From Dipteris shenzhenensis (lineage: Eukaryota): DNA of 64,000 nt. The position numbers and the translations under genes were made by a program. The notes below the pieces were generated by a model. That model had not been told where the DNA came from, made no database searches, and saw nothing but the letters and a program-made list of their open reading frames with translations. This document shows, piece after piece, positions 50,709-64,000 of this stretch (position 1 is the first letter of the stretch; each line of letters starts with the position of its first letter). The stretch lies in assembly GCA_047967505.1 (NCBI GenBank), contig CM106538.1, one strand, 5' to 3'.

Positions 50709-51281
50709 ATAATATTGAAAAGGCTTAATTATTTTCTCAAAGTTCTCGCTTTAAAAGGTCTGTAGTGTGAGCCCGCTCTCTTTTTTAATGTGTAGTCCGA
50801 GAAATACTAGATGCGCCTTGCTTGTGTATCGTTCAAAGTAATGTATTAGGTATCCTTCTATCTCCTCCATATCTATTGCAAACCCAAGGCAGTAAAGCAT
50901 TCAAAGAAGGTCTTAATAACCAAACCTCTCCACTATCTGTCCTTAGTATAGGGGCCATTAGTGGACAATGTGGTCCTTACACCACATGTGGAAAAGTTTC
51001 ATATTGGATAAAAAGTGAAAAAAGGGAAACATATAAGGAAAAAATATTTGAGACATCTAAGTTTAAAAATGCAACAACTAGAGTGAAAAAATTCTAATCA
51101 AAATTAAGAATTATTAATAATATTGATTAATATTGAGCCACACATTTGGCCCATCTACCGGTAGGTGCATAGGATCTACCTCATCAAGGAGTACGTACAA
51201 ATAGTTTTCATTACGTAAATAGATTATAAGTCATATTGAATAGAATATTATTTTCATTACCCAAATAGAATATTAATTTCC

Positions 51282-53210
51282 ATGTGTTTTTTTTGTGCAT
51301 GCGCCAGCCAGTGCACAGGTTCTAGCACCACTATTCGTATGCAGATAGAGATGCTGAGAGCTGAGATGAGGGCACTGCAGGATGCTAGGGCACCCCCTCA
51401 CTTGGTTGCGAGCCTGGATTTAGTTATTGAGGCTCTGAGTCGATTGGACACAGTTGAGGACGTTGTGGATAGCTTTCAGGCACAGGCTGAGGCGGAGATC
51501 ACTGGTGGTGGCTTGGATTGGAGAGCCATTCGACAGTTGTTTGAGCGGGAGTCACATCACAGGGAGGCCTTGGAGGATATGTTTTGGGATGGTCACACCG
51601 AGGTGATGCGACCACGATCAGGGCTCCCCTTGCATATTTTACGGTGTAGGCACCCCATCATAGCAGCACACATTTATCCGAGATATCTTACTGCGAATGG
51701 TGGTCGATTGCCTCACAACCGCCAGATAGCCAGGTCGTTTGCCATGCAGCTTTACGCTGAGTTTGTCCTTGGTCATCGGGTGGACTACCTGGGGCGTCAG
51801 GAGCGTCAGATTGTAGGTGTTCGGCGTCGATGCGAGGGACCAGAGTTGCACACCATCCCTGCACCGGCATTGCGAGCGGTGGGAGGACAGATTAGGGGGG
51901 ATGTTCATTCAGTGGCATCATCCTTGCAGCACATGGTCTCTGCCCTATCGAGATCTATTGCGATTCCACCTCCCCCACCTCGATCATCGATGGAGCATCC
52001 CACATCTACAACACCTCCCACATCTACGGTGCCTCAGCATGAGTTGGAGGCTCGAGACAGATGGATTGCAGAGTTGGAGGCATTGTTGGCCGAGTCTAGG
52101 GACGAGGTTAGTTATTTTGATTATGTTAGTTTATTTTTTTGTAGCATGTTTTGAACTGAAGTTTTTTGGTTAATTCTCACCATGTATGCGACATGTTTGC
52201 ATTGCAGGCACATCTATTGCGTCAGGAGATGGAGTCTCGCGTACGACTGTTGCAGACAGATTTGGAGGAGCAAAGGATTCGGACACGCATAGCATACCAT
52301 CGCACAGAGCACTATATTTTGTAGTTGAGGCATATTAGTCATGATCCGTCGCGCCATAGGATCGACCCCAGTGTGGCCCTATACCCTAATCCTCCTGTAG
52401 ATGTGCCGACTAGGATACCCATAGACGCAGTAGTCGTAGCGAGGCTTCCTACTACCACTTGTGTCCTCTGCCACGAGGACTTTGACACCGTAGGGTGGTT
52501 TGGACTAGGGTGCGGCCACATCGCACATCTCCATTGCATGACCCGCCACATGGTGGCACGTTCAGTGTGCCCTGTATGCTTTGCTGACATTGATGTGGCG
52601 ACATACAGAGGACTGTGATCTATATCCTGGTCATCGTCAGGCTGTTGATCCATTCGCCCATGTAGTCTTGACAGAGCACTATAGGGAGGAGGCACAGAGA
52701 GCGTTGTTGATGCAGGAGGGTGCGGATACATCGGTGGTTGCATCATGCATTCCACGACGCTTTTCGTATGGTGATTTCATGCCAGGTGACGAGGCACGAG
52801 CGGAGGAGGCATGCCGGATTGAGCGAGAGGCAGAGCTGCAGACATCATTGCAGCAGTGGGTGGAGCAGCAGCTAGGGCGGGGCCGAGACTAGCGTCTTTC
52901 ACATGTAGAGACGATTACTCGCGCTGGATTTGAGGCACGAGTATTTGCAGATGCACAGCTATGGGAGCTGAGACGCGCGTACATAGAGGAGGCGAGGGAG
53001 GCAGAGATGGCAGCAGTGGCGCGTGCAGCATGCCCTCCTCTTCATCAGGATGAGGCTGGCCCATCTCATGCAGGTGATGAGGCTGGCCCATCTGAGCCGG
53101 CTTTGCCTGAGGGCACACAGCGGACGGTTGGGCAGCGGGTCATACAGGAGCCACGTCAGCGTTCCACTAGAGGATCATATGTAGAGTTATCAGATTCAGA
53201 TTCAGATTGA
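51282..53210 (+). pseudogene. Spliced gene with coiled coil and RING-H2 finger, disrupted, probable transposon cargo
   Basis: Long exon to 52106, GT-AG intron 52107-52207, then CVLC-x13-CGHIAHLHC-x10-CPVC (52460-52579); in-frame TAG/TGA stops; ends VELSDSDSD*. Confidence 0.7.
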
Positions 53211-54668
53211 TTGTTTAGGCTTCACACATTTCTTGTATAGGGATGCACTTTTGCAGCATGATGATGATGATGTATAGATTCATTTTGGTACTTTCATGAT
53301 ATTGTTCCCACTTTTATGATGTATGAGCATTTTCGTACTTTCATGATGTTCTTCACACTTTGTTTATCTCAGTTTATCTCAGTTTATAGTTTGTTTAATA
53401 CATAAGGTATTTAAAAAAGAATGCCATGTGAAGTAATTGTAAACATTAAACATTAATTGTAAACATTAAACATTAAACATATCAAAATTCATCTTTTTTT
53501 GGATGAAAATTTTATTTTGCTGATAAAAGTTTTTCATTTTTTAAACAAAAATTTTATTCTATTCATGTTTGTCAATAAAGTGTGTTTCAAAATCCAAATT
53601 TTCATCAATTTTTCAAAAAGACAACTATTGTCATATTCATGCTTCCAAATCTAGCCTTCCGATCTTAATATCAAAATATGTTGAAATTCAACCATTTGAT
53701 AAACTAATTTGTATAAAAAGAAAATTACCTTTTTTAGACAATGCCATAGCCCAATGTAAAATTGTTTCATCAAATGAAATTAGATATTAAAGTAACATCA
53801 ATTTTACCAACTTTCAATTTATGCTATTTACAAAAAGTATTCTAGAAATGTATATTGGTACAAAACTTATCCATGACTCCGAGGGCAATGTTGTTACCTA
53901 TGTGTAAATCAATTGATAAAAAATTCTTTCAACACCAATGAACTTGAGGGAATGTGTGATCTAGAGATACTTAAACAACATGACAAAAGGAAAAAATTCG
54001 AGAAATCACCAATGTGTGGACATGCTTAGTTTGTAGGGTGTAGAAATTCTTGTATATGGATTTGATATGGGCACTTGCATAGAAAACAATTGGTATTTCA
54101 AAGAAAAAGCTCTAGCAACTCTCTTAGTTGAATGAAGCAGTTTCTTCTCCTTTGCAATTTGTCATGTTTTTTAAATTAAAGGAGAGAATACTTTTTGCAA
54201 ATGATAATACTAGACATTTTTAGGTTCTGCAATAAAATATAAGTAATATTTTATGCATTCTTTTTTCACAATTCTAGTTTTTTAATATTATTGACATGAA
54301 GCGTATATTTTGTCCCTACAATTTTTAAAAAATATAAATTTTTTGGGGATTTTTTTCAAAAATGGAGTTAGACTTGTCCTTTGCATGATTTTGCTGTTAT
54401 TTATTATGACTCAGTGTTTAATTTGTCTCTTATTGTTAACAATACTTGTGCTAATTGGTGATCAAAGAAAACAAGACCTAATTATTTGTCATATTCGAAC
54501 CACAATCACATGTGCCTTCCAAATCACAATCGCATATGCCTTCCAAGTTTCTAAGGACTATTTCAATTTCCTTAATATGACATTTGCCAATGCACCAATC
54601 TAATTATTATGCATGTATAAAAGATAATGAACATAAAGAAGAGAAATCAACACAATTGGCAATTAATG

Positions 54669-54957
54669 CATGTATATGGGAATACAAGGAAGGTGTGGCA
54701 TGCTAGCCCACCATTTTATTTCACTATTTTCTTTTGCATTTAGTGGTTTATGTACAAGAGAAAGGATTGGCGGTTGGTATAAGGAAAAGTGTTGGTATTT
54801 GGTTTATGTAAAAAGAAAGGGTTGTTGTGGCTATGCACCAAAAAAATATACACATATTAACAATCCCACTTCTCCCTCTTAAACTCTACTCATGTATGGG
54901 AGTACAAGGAAGGTGTGACATGTTAGGCCACAATTTAATTTTACTATTTTCTTTTGA
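54669..54957. repeat. Diverged ~68-bp direct repeat, 2 copies
   Basis: CATGTAT..GGGA.TACAAGGAAGGTGTG.CATG.TAG.CCAC.ATTT...ACTATTTTCTTTTG at about 54669 and 54891. Confidence 0.75.
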
Positions 54958-54979
54958 CTTTGGTGGTACGCTAACGTGT

Positions 54980-57262
54980 AGTCGTGCTAGTAGGGATTGC
55001 TTCTACGTGGCGCAAACCAAATCAGTTGGAGACCAAATCTTGCGTGGATGTACGTCTAGGGTAGCTTAAGAGGCGTGTGAAGTTTCGTCCCCAACAGGGT
55101 TTAGGATTTAGGGTCCAGGGTTTAGGGTTTAGGGTTTAGGGTTTAGTCGTGCTAGTAGGGATTGCTTCTACGTGGCGCAAACCAAATCAGTTGGAGACCA
55201 AATCTTGCATGGATGTACCTCTATGGTAGCCTAAGAGACGTGTGAAGTTTTGTCCCCAACAGGGTTTAGGATTTAGGGTCCAGGGTTTAGTTAGGGTTTA
55301 GGGTTTAGGGTTTAGTCGTGCTAGTAGGGATTGCTTCTACGTGGCGCAAACCAAATCAGTTGGAGACCAAATCTTGCGTGGATGTACGTCTATGGTAGCC
55401 TAAGAGGCGTGTGAAGTTTTGTTCCCAACAGGGTTTAGGATTTAGGGTCTAGGGTTTAGGGTTTAGGGTTTAGGGTTTAGTCGTGCTAGTAGGGATTGCT
55501 TCTACGTGGCGCAAACCAAATTAGTTGGAGACCAAATCTTGCATGGATGTACATCTAGGGTAGCCTAAGAGGCATGTGAAGTTTTGTCCCCAACAGGGTT
55601 TAGGATTTAGGGTCCAGGGTTTAGGGTTTAGGGTTTAGGGTTTAGTCGTGCTAGTAGGGATTGCTTCTACGTGGCGCAAACCAAATCAGTTGGAGACCAA
55701 ATCTTGCGTGGATGTACGTCTAGGGTAGCCTAAGAGGTATGTGAAGTTTTGTCCCCAACAGGGTTTAGGATTTAGGGTCCAGGGTTTAGGGTTTAGGGTT
55801 TAGGGTTTAGCCGTGCTAGTAGGGATTGCTTCTACATGGCGCAAACAAAATCAGTTGGAGACCAAATCTTGTGTGGATGTATGTCTAGGGTAGCCTAAGA
55901 GGCATGTGAAGTTTCATGCCCAACAGGGTTTAGGATTTAGGGTCCAGGGTTTAGGGTTTAGGGTTTAGTCATGCTAGTAGAAATTGTAAAAATGTATGCA
56001 TTTGTCCTTCCACGTGGCGCATACCAAATCAGTTGGAGACCAAATCTTGCATGGATGTACGTCTAGGGAGGCTAAGAGGCGTGTGAAGTTTCGTCCCCAA
56101 CAGATAAGTCCATGTGCATATTTCATTAGTACGTGCGCCATTTTTCATATGTAGTCGTGCTAGTAGGGATTGTAAAAATGTACGCAACTGTCCTTCCATG
56201 TGGCGCATACCAAATCAGTTGGGCACCAAATCTTGCGTGGATGTACGTCTACGGTAGCCTAAGAGTCGTGCGAAGTTTCATTCCCAACAGATAAGTCCAC
56301 ACGCGTATTTCGTTAGTACATGCGCCATAGCTCATACGTAGTCGTGCTAGTAGGGATTGTAAAAATGTACGCATTGTACCTTCCACGTGGTGCATACCAA
56401 ATCAATTCAGACCAAATCTTGCGTGGATGTACGTCTATGGTAGCCTAAGAGCCATGCAAAGTTTAATCTCCAACAGATAAGTCCACATGCATATTTGGTT
56501 AGTACGTGCACCATTTCTCACACGTAGTCGTGCTAGTAGGGATTGTAAAAATGTACGCATTATACCTTCCACGTGGCGCATACCAAATAAGTTGGAGACC
56601 AAATCTTGTGTGGATGTATGTCTAGGGTGGCCTAAGAGTCGTGCAAAGTTTCATTCCCAACAGATAAATCCACATGCGTATTTCGTTAGTACATGCGCCA
56701 TAGCTCATACGTAGTCATGCTAGTAGGGATTGTAAAAATGTACACAGCTGTCCTTCCATGTGGCGCATACCAAATTAGTTGGGCACCAAATGTTGCGTGG
56801 ATGTATGTCTACGGTAGCCTAAGAGCCGTGCAAAGTTTAATCTCCAACAGATAAGTCCACATGCATATTTGGTTAGTACGTGCGCCATTTCTCACACGTA
56901 GTCGTGCTAGTAGGGATTGTAAAAATATACGCATTATACCTTCCACGTGGCGCATATCAAATAAGTTGGAGACCAAATCTTGCGTGGATGTATGTCTAGG
57001 GTGGCCTAAGAGTCGTGCGAAGTTTCATTCCCAACAGATAAGTCCACACGCGCATTTCGTTAGTACATGCGCCATAGCTCATACGTAGTCACGAGTGCTA
57101 GTAGGGATTGTAAAAATGTACGCATTGTACCTTCCACATGGTGCATACCAAATCAATTCAGACCAAATCTCGCATGGATGTACGTCTAGGGTGGCCTAAG
57201 AGTCATGCAAAGTTTCATCCCCAACAAGCAAGTCCACATGCGTATTTCGTTAGTACGTGCGC
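54980..57262. repeat. 13-unit tandem array: six 158-169-bp units containing TTTAGGG tracts, then seven ~187-bp units without them
   Basis: Unit starts (AGTCGTGCTAGTAGGGATTG or variant) at 54980, 55145, 55314, 55479, 55644, 55809, 55967, 56153, 56340, 56526, 56713, 56900 and 57087. Confidence 0.97.
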
Positions 57263-57596
57263 GAATTTTCTTAGTCACGTTTTTAAAATGTCCTAATGCA
57301 CAAAACAAATTACAACATTACTACTAATAAACAATTTTTTGTATTACAAACACAACAAATCCCATTGAGAAGACATCGGACATCATGTTAAAAATAGAAT
57401 CTAATACAATGATGTGTATGAACGTGTATACAGCCATCATAGTGAAATACAAAATATGAGTCCATGAAAATTACAATGGTACGGTCACACAGTGAGCCTA
57501 TACATATCGAATACAAAAAAGTGTAATCAACTAGTGATACCCAATAAAAATCAATCTGATCAACTGATGATCCCAAAAAATATGATATGTAATGTG

Positions 57597-60566
57597 CTAC
57601 TCCTCAGGATCAGCTCTCATGCCAATAGTTGCAAGTATGCTCTCGTGATCCGCCACTGCAAGGCGCCATCGTGGAGTGGACGTCGCCTTGCGAGTGCGAA
57701 CACGACTCAAAGTAATCTTGATCCCAACAACAAGATGAGAATACATGTATGCCTCCGGATCCGCCATGTACTCCTGGAACTCAATATAGCGACCACGCCT
57801 CTGTATCTGCTGAAAATAGTGGCCACCTACGATCATGCTATGAGCATTGAAGTGCATCCCATGCCCATCCACTGTATCCTCATTTAGCACACTCTTCAAC
57901 ATAGAGCATCGCAACAAGTAATAATCCACACCCTCCTCATTGCCCTCCGAAGCAATAACCGCGAAGATATCACCAATACGCAAAATATCTGTAAGCTGGT
58001 CATAATCTCTAGAGGAACTGAATCCCGCATCCTGATCATCATGTATCTCCTCCCAAGGCTGGAAGGGAGAAAGCACTTGCCGTACCCATGGATCGGCCCA
58101 TGGTATCATGGAGCACCCTCCCCAATCATCATCAATGCATGCAGAGCAAAAACATGCAAACCGTCGAGAAAAGATCGCGGGGTGAGACTCACCTATGCTC
58201 CTGATGGAATGGAAATCAAGAGTGCCAGGCACAGAACGACAATCAAAAGGCCTCGACCGATCAAGACTCCCAATGTCCACGCACCAAAAATACCGGCTCA
58301 CCACCCTATCGTCACGCGACTAAAACGAGGACGTAGCACTAGTGGATAACTGCTGGCTGCACCACCGCACCACATCATGTGCATCCTTGAAGCGATCGGC
58401 ACTGTGACGCAACTGGTATCGATGCAAAGCATGCTTCACGCAAGCACCTGCACCATCGTGCTCTCCCTTACCGTGCCTTGTCTCGAAGTAGCTCCATGTG
58501 ATCGGAATGCCTGTCTCACGGTGCCATCTGCAGAACCAATAAAACTGTCTAGCGGATTTGAACTGACCACCGCAACGTCTGACCAGATCCAGCGCCGCTG
58601 CCATGTGACACCATGATCCCTCAAGAAACTATCATGCAAAGTGAAGCAATGCTGCACAAAATGGGCATCATGCGATCGATCATCACTAATGTAGAAGTGA
58701 TACTCTCACACAATGATGCGTGAGTCCATGATGCTATCAATGCCATCCACATGAACCTATGCATGACGATAGCTAATGTGCACAAATATAGCAACCTGCA
58801 ATATGGCATTGAAAAAAAAATATGACTATTGAAATAATTCAATATAATGAGGCGGGGAAAAAATCAATACTCAATCACACGTCACCTGTTCGGAGAAATA
58901 ATACTCTGATTGGATCTCATGCTGTGGTGCAAAGGTGTAATTCTCCGCAAAGTCCACCACTGAGACAACCACCCCTATAGGAAATGTCCTCAAACATGCA
59001 CGAAACTGATGATCCTCCCATTTCGCAGTGTGCGAGTGGCATATGTAGCGGTACAGCTTCCCTCGAAAACAGTCAATGAATACAACACGTGGTGTCTCCT
59101 TCCCCACAAGCTGCAACCTCCTCGACTGTGCACCACCATCTAATGTCAAGGTACAGTACTCATATTGCTGCCAACGAACCATCTGCACATCACAAGTATC
59201 TAGTGCAACTCGTGGCACTCTAGCAAAGTCACCACACAAAGTACACGTGCCTTCCACACAATCAAGGGAGTGGAATAAAGCATCACCATCTCGTGTACAC
59301 AATATGGAATGAATGAAGTCGCGAGGGCTAGTAGGAACCACTCCCCTATGACCATCAAGGGAACGAAATACGTCATACATCAATCCAAAATCCACATGGT
59401 AGCAACAACAGCATGTGTCACGCTCCTGAGAGCATCGCACAAACCATGGCCTGCATCGCTCAAATGACCTCTGCCCAATCTTGAACTCCAGGTGCGCCTC
59501 TACAAACTGAGTGTACAACTCAGTCTGGGTACACTCCAAAAGACATGCACCATGCTCAATGTACACACCGCGTGACACCCTCTTCCGCAATGCCTTCTTG
59601 AACATCGGGGATGCTCTGCAATGCTCCTCCCAAAACTGTTGTATGAAGGACCTAGTGGAATCATCCAACAATCGATCGCTGCGAGGTGCACGACCACTCG
59701 AAGCCCAAAGAGCATCAGTCTCACTATCCTCTAGACTCTGCCTCCTAATGATGCCTGCTCGCAATGTGCGCGGTGCAATCTGAAGAAGACGTGAAGCGGT
59801 CAGGAAGCGGTACGCACATGGCCTATCATATGAGGTCTACTAATGGCAGCCACAATAGCACGACGTGCTGCCAAGGCATCACTGGAGTTCCTATGCTTAA
59901 TAGAAGCATAGGAACATCGAACACTACTAAGGACCTCGCTAGATACAACCCTATCTCTACGTGCACCAAGACCAGCAAGCCTCCTACACTCTACCAAGTC
60001 AGGGTGATCAATCAGGGACGTAAGAAGAGAAGACTGCGAAGCTGGTGTGAGGTCACAAAAAAAAGACTACACAATCTTGCTAGTACGACGACGGATAGTG
60101 GACTTCGGCAAGTCACGTCGTGAAGCAACACTGCTGCTGCAAGGTGGGGCAAGGGGATCAATGGGAGATGGTAGGGTGGACGGGGGAAGGGAGGCGCCAA
60201 GCGGAGCGGGGGGAGGGGGAGGGGGGAGGGTGGAGGGGGAAGAGGTAGAGGTGGAGGCCAAAATGTAGGTGGCTAGGGGAAGGGCGGAGGCTAGAGGTAG
60301 GGGAGCAGATGAGCATGGGGGGACAATGGAGGTGGGGGTGGGGGTGGAGGTGGGATGTAGAGGTAGAGCTGGAGGTGGATCAGTGGTGGCAACGCGAGCT
60401 CAAGCTCTAGAGGCTCTCTTGCGCTCACGAGCCTTCCGCTTGCGCTCCTCGTCAATGAGATTTGGGGGGGGTTCCTACATCTTTCACGTCTACTAGCTCT
60501 ACGGCTTTGAGAACCCATTCTCAATGAAAGTAGGATGGAAGGTGTGACAAAGTGATAAGGAGGCAA
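57597..60566 (-). pseudogene. Sola2-like DDD/E transposase gene, spliced and lightly disrupted; 5' boundary approximate
   Basis: VVDFAENY...QHEIQSEYY...QV, then an intron at about 58796-58885, then YISDDRSHD, WIWSD-(G)CGGQFKS and WSYFETRHGKGEHDGAGACVK; Cys clusters TCCCCYH, CVEGTCTLCG and ACFCSAC; frameshift at about 58575. Confidence 0.75.
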
Positions 60567-63099
60567 GAATGGCTAAGAATGGGTGAAATGAACCAAAACG
60601 TGGTGTCTTATAGAGAGCCTCAACTCATCCACTAGATTGCTCTTCATTATTATTGGTGGAGAGATGCTAAGATTGATACTAATTGGCTTAGTTTTGGTGG
60701 AGAGGTCTGCTATGCCCAGAGCCCCGATCAAACCTTATACCTCGATTTATTTTTAATATTCTTTGTTGATCCTCTGAGGAGTAAAAGTAAAAATTAAACT
60801 TCAATCTTCCTAAATCTAACCGTTGGATTTGGGATTTGATGATTCAACCACACACCCTTATGTGCCTACTAACCTTCCACCGAATTGGATTTGCTTAATT
60901 ATTCAAAATACTAAAAAAATGGGGTGTGCTACTAAAATGCATGTATTTTATGACTTTATTTATTATAAATAATTATTTATAATTAGATAAATCATTCAAA
61001 AAATTATCAATAAATCAAGTTAAGCTCTACATAATGCAAAGAGACCACTTACAAAGTTTCAATAACATTTAATCTAAAATGAGTGAGAAATTTAGAATTT
61101 AATATGACACTCTTTGTTCGTGACAAACGTGTGACCACCCTGGAACCATGCCGTGTGACACAAAGAAATTTTTTGTGTGTGCATCGAATTTTCGATCAGA
61201 CTATATGATTGTGTGCACAATAGCAAGTGTGATGTTGTGTCAAAAGACTTCAAAGACTAGATCCATAGGGAAGTAGGTGAGATTTGCATTTTTGTGTGCT
61301 AAAAAGCTTGTTTTTCCACCTCCTTAGGATTGGGGAGTGAACAAAAAGTGGACACCCTTAGCTTGCTACCACCCAACCACCAGTCCGGTTTAGTAAAATA
61401 ACAACATATTGCTTTTCTATTGTGAAATATATTGCTGTTAATTTCTACTCAACCAGGCCACCGGGATGGTCAATAACTAATCTTTGTTCAACCATGCTGG
61501 TTCAGGACAATTGCATAACTAGTGATTAAACCAGTGTACGATAGCATGATGGTCCAACCACTGGGCTTCACATTTAGTCCAATCTTAGTTTGAGAAATGA
61601 AACAAATAAACTATCCCAAATCTCAATCACAAACAACCACCGAGCTAGTTTAGGCACCACTGACCTACGTCGTATCAAGCATGTGTATGATGTACTCCTC
61701 AAATACTTTGCATCCCATCCACTTTTTACAGATGTATAGCATCATAAATAGGCACAAATGCTACGGGGAACAATAGACAAACAATACACATAACATCCAC
61801 GACAACGGAATACAAATATGCAAAAGAATGATAGAACACTGAAGAACACTATATTCCAGAGCAATAGCTCGCACATATTTGTACACAATGACCTCGAAAT
61901 GCTAGTAATAACATGTGTACAGAACCGTCTGACGGTTAGAGAGCAACCGTTGAAGACTACAACCACTTGGAGATCTGAACCGTCAACCCTTGCGATGGCT
62001 AACCTACCCTCACACACCCCTCTAGGTCACTACTGCTAACCCGCATGGTTATGCAATAACACATGGCACTCACGGTGGACTGTGCAAACCACACATGCAC
62101 ATCCTCAGACTGAAGTCAGATGCCTGACATAGTGCAAAGTGTATGTGCAACAATCATTTTAGGCATAGCCTCGGCAAAGAACTAGGTGCGGTAAGTTAAA
62201 CCTCACCCTACACTCCGTACACAAGAATTACAAAGCATCTCATTTCGAAAAAAAATCCCCAAAAAAATCCACTCTCTGTAGTCGCAATGCTTGTCTGAAC
62301 GTCCTTTTTTTATTTCTCCTCCCTGTCCAAAAGCATCCCCGCATTCCAGACATCTTCGATGTTTCTTGTCCAAAAGCAACCACTATAGTGACGTATGCGC
62401 TTAGCTGCACAATGACACTTTATTCTACAAGGCCCTTTTGTAGCCATCGCCATAGTTCTACTCTTCATCCGAACTAGAAATGTACTAAACAGGTGCAACA
62501 ATGCCACCCCTCTTGCTCAGTCTCGCATCGCTACTCTCAAGCAACTCTGTCAGCAACTACGTCGTCACTCCACTCGAACCAGGATCTACAGTCGGCTCTA
62601 GCTACTGCTTCCACATGAACATCTTCACCTTTCGTACCTCACTGGGCATCATTGTGGACTTTGGTAGAGACATCAATAGTGGCTCCTTCATCACCAACTC
62701 GCAAACTTGGCGTTGCACGTGTTCCTGAGCTGACCAATCCAGCATCTTGTCACCATTAGCAAAGTAGAGATTTAGAGGCCACTCAAGTGTTAGTAGACCT
62801 AGTTGTAGAGGTAGCACGCCTACAAGCAGAGAATATAGAGCATAAATAGTTCAAAGAATACAAAGCATAGATAGTTCAACCAAGGTTACAAAAATCGCCT
62901 CCGCACTCTCAAAAGTGTTATGAGGGCTGCAAGATGGACACCCCGCCAAACGATTAAGGAGGGACCCCCTCTGTAACAACCATGCTAGGCAAGGTGGCTC
63001 GCACATCTAGATTGAAGATGTTTGGCTCTTGGTGTGCTTAAACTATTAGAGCTACATGGGCCCCCTACACCCAACATGTTTTGGAGGTTTCAACGGCCC

Positions 63100-64000
63100 G
63101 CATGCCCTTAATGCTAGATGAGGCAGACAATATCGGGTAGTCGCCCATCAAAAACGGACCCCCATCTCCAATCGAAGTCCTCTTTGAAGGTACCTTGGAG
63201 CCTCCTTGCCTAGTCGCCAAGCCCCTATCTCCCTCATTGGAAGTCCTACCCCCACGGCTCTGTACATGCTGACATACATATTCTACACCATCCTTGGTAA
63301 GGAGGACTTTTGGGTTACAACTTACATACAGGACTATGGAATTAGCTTCCAATATTCCCCTCCAAGCCCAAGTTTTGTGTCAACCACCAGCTTGAGTCAT
63401 TCCTCTTGAATACTTACTGACAGAACTCTCCTTTTACCACTGAGTTACACACGAATACGATAAGCAATAGGCCACTAACAAGGATGAGCGTTGGACAATT
63501 TTGCAAAATATATTCGAACTAACCCATCCCACTTCCTCCACCCTACCTGATTATTTAAAGTCTTTACTTCAACTGATAGAGAAGTTGCTCTAGTTAGCTA
63601 CAACCAAGAACATCGGTTTGTGGCACGTTTTGTCTAGGTATGTTGGTATACAATCATTGAGCTCATTGAGCCACAGGTGCACCAAAAGAGGTACAAGTAC
63701 AAGTATGCGCACCTAGGACTCACAGACCCGGATATAATCCATGTAGTGGTGCAATGGAAGGAGGAATTGCTAATCCACCCCAATGAAGTATAGTGTCAAT
63801 GCCTTGCATCCATGGCCACCAAATCCGGTACCACATCGCCTTGGTCTGCTCCATACCTATCTCTTTTATCAAGATGTCCAAGGCCCTTGCTCGCTTTGAT
63901 CTCTAGCCCCAGCACGACTGCGCTAGATCTGAAACCCCCAAGGTGGAATAGGTGGCTTCAAGATGCTTCAAGTCTCATAGATCCTCAATTTTGAAAATCG
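63100..64000 (-). mobile_element. Possible degenerate L1-like LINE ORF2 3' region
   Basis: ALDILIK...HWGGLAI and a downstream GWCRICMSAC motif resemble the post-RT GGLGI and zf-RVT regions; heavily decayed. Confidence 0.3.

Noticed and set aside
50761-50767. TGTAGTG as the right end of the CACTA element starting at 43455
   Set aside because: The match is short, there are no subterminal palindromes nearby, and the 3-bp flanks differ (ATT versus TGA)
55097-55968. True chromosome end
   Set aside because: The TTTAGGG tracts are only about 45-55 bp, embedded in repeat units, and complex sequence continues on both sides
54980-57262. CRISPR-like array
   Set aside because: Whole units are repeated with no unique spacers, there are no cas genes, and the context is eukaryotic
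61400-62900. Possible host gene fragments
   Set aside because: Short ORFs with no recognisable motif or consistent exon structure that I could support

Overview
Eukaryotic land-plant genomic DNA: it has TTTAGGG telomere repeats, an R2R3-MYB gene with plant intron positions, and Copia, CACTA and LINE elements. The unusual transposon set suggests a non-flowering plant such as a fern, but that is inference. About 90% of the window is decayed, CpG-depleted transposon sequence around one intact host gene, a 3-exon R2R3-MYB (33223-34373, minus) with a perfect 3x54-bp repeat in its promoter. Main candidates for something new: (1) a DNA-transposon family with three related CA(C/T)T-starting ends (6041, 22659, 32440), linked to a spliced RAG1/Transib-like transposase (3330-5366, with a paralogous fragment at 16590-16851) and to chromatin-type cargo, namely a divergent histone H3-fold gene with a long non-histone N-terminus (about 18330-19103) and a BAH-like gene (21339-21950); (2) a Sola2-like transposase gene convergent with a RING-H2 gene, separated by a 13-unit satellite in which six units have one segment replaced by telomeric repeats. 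Also present: three clustered 5'-truncated copies of one Copia family, an RTEX-like LINE, DUF7869/Sola1-like transposase relics, a rearranged CACTA element and several satellites. All protein-family calls come from manual translation and motif recall, not database searches.
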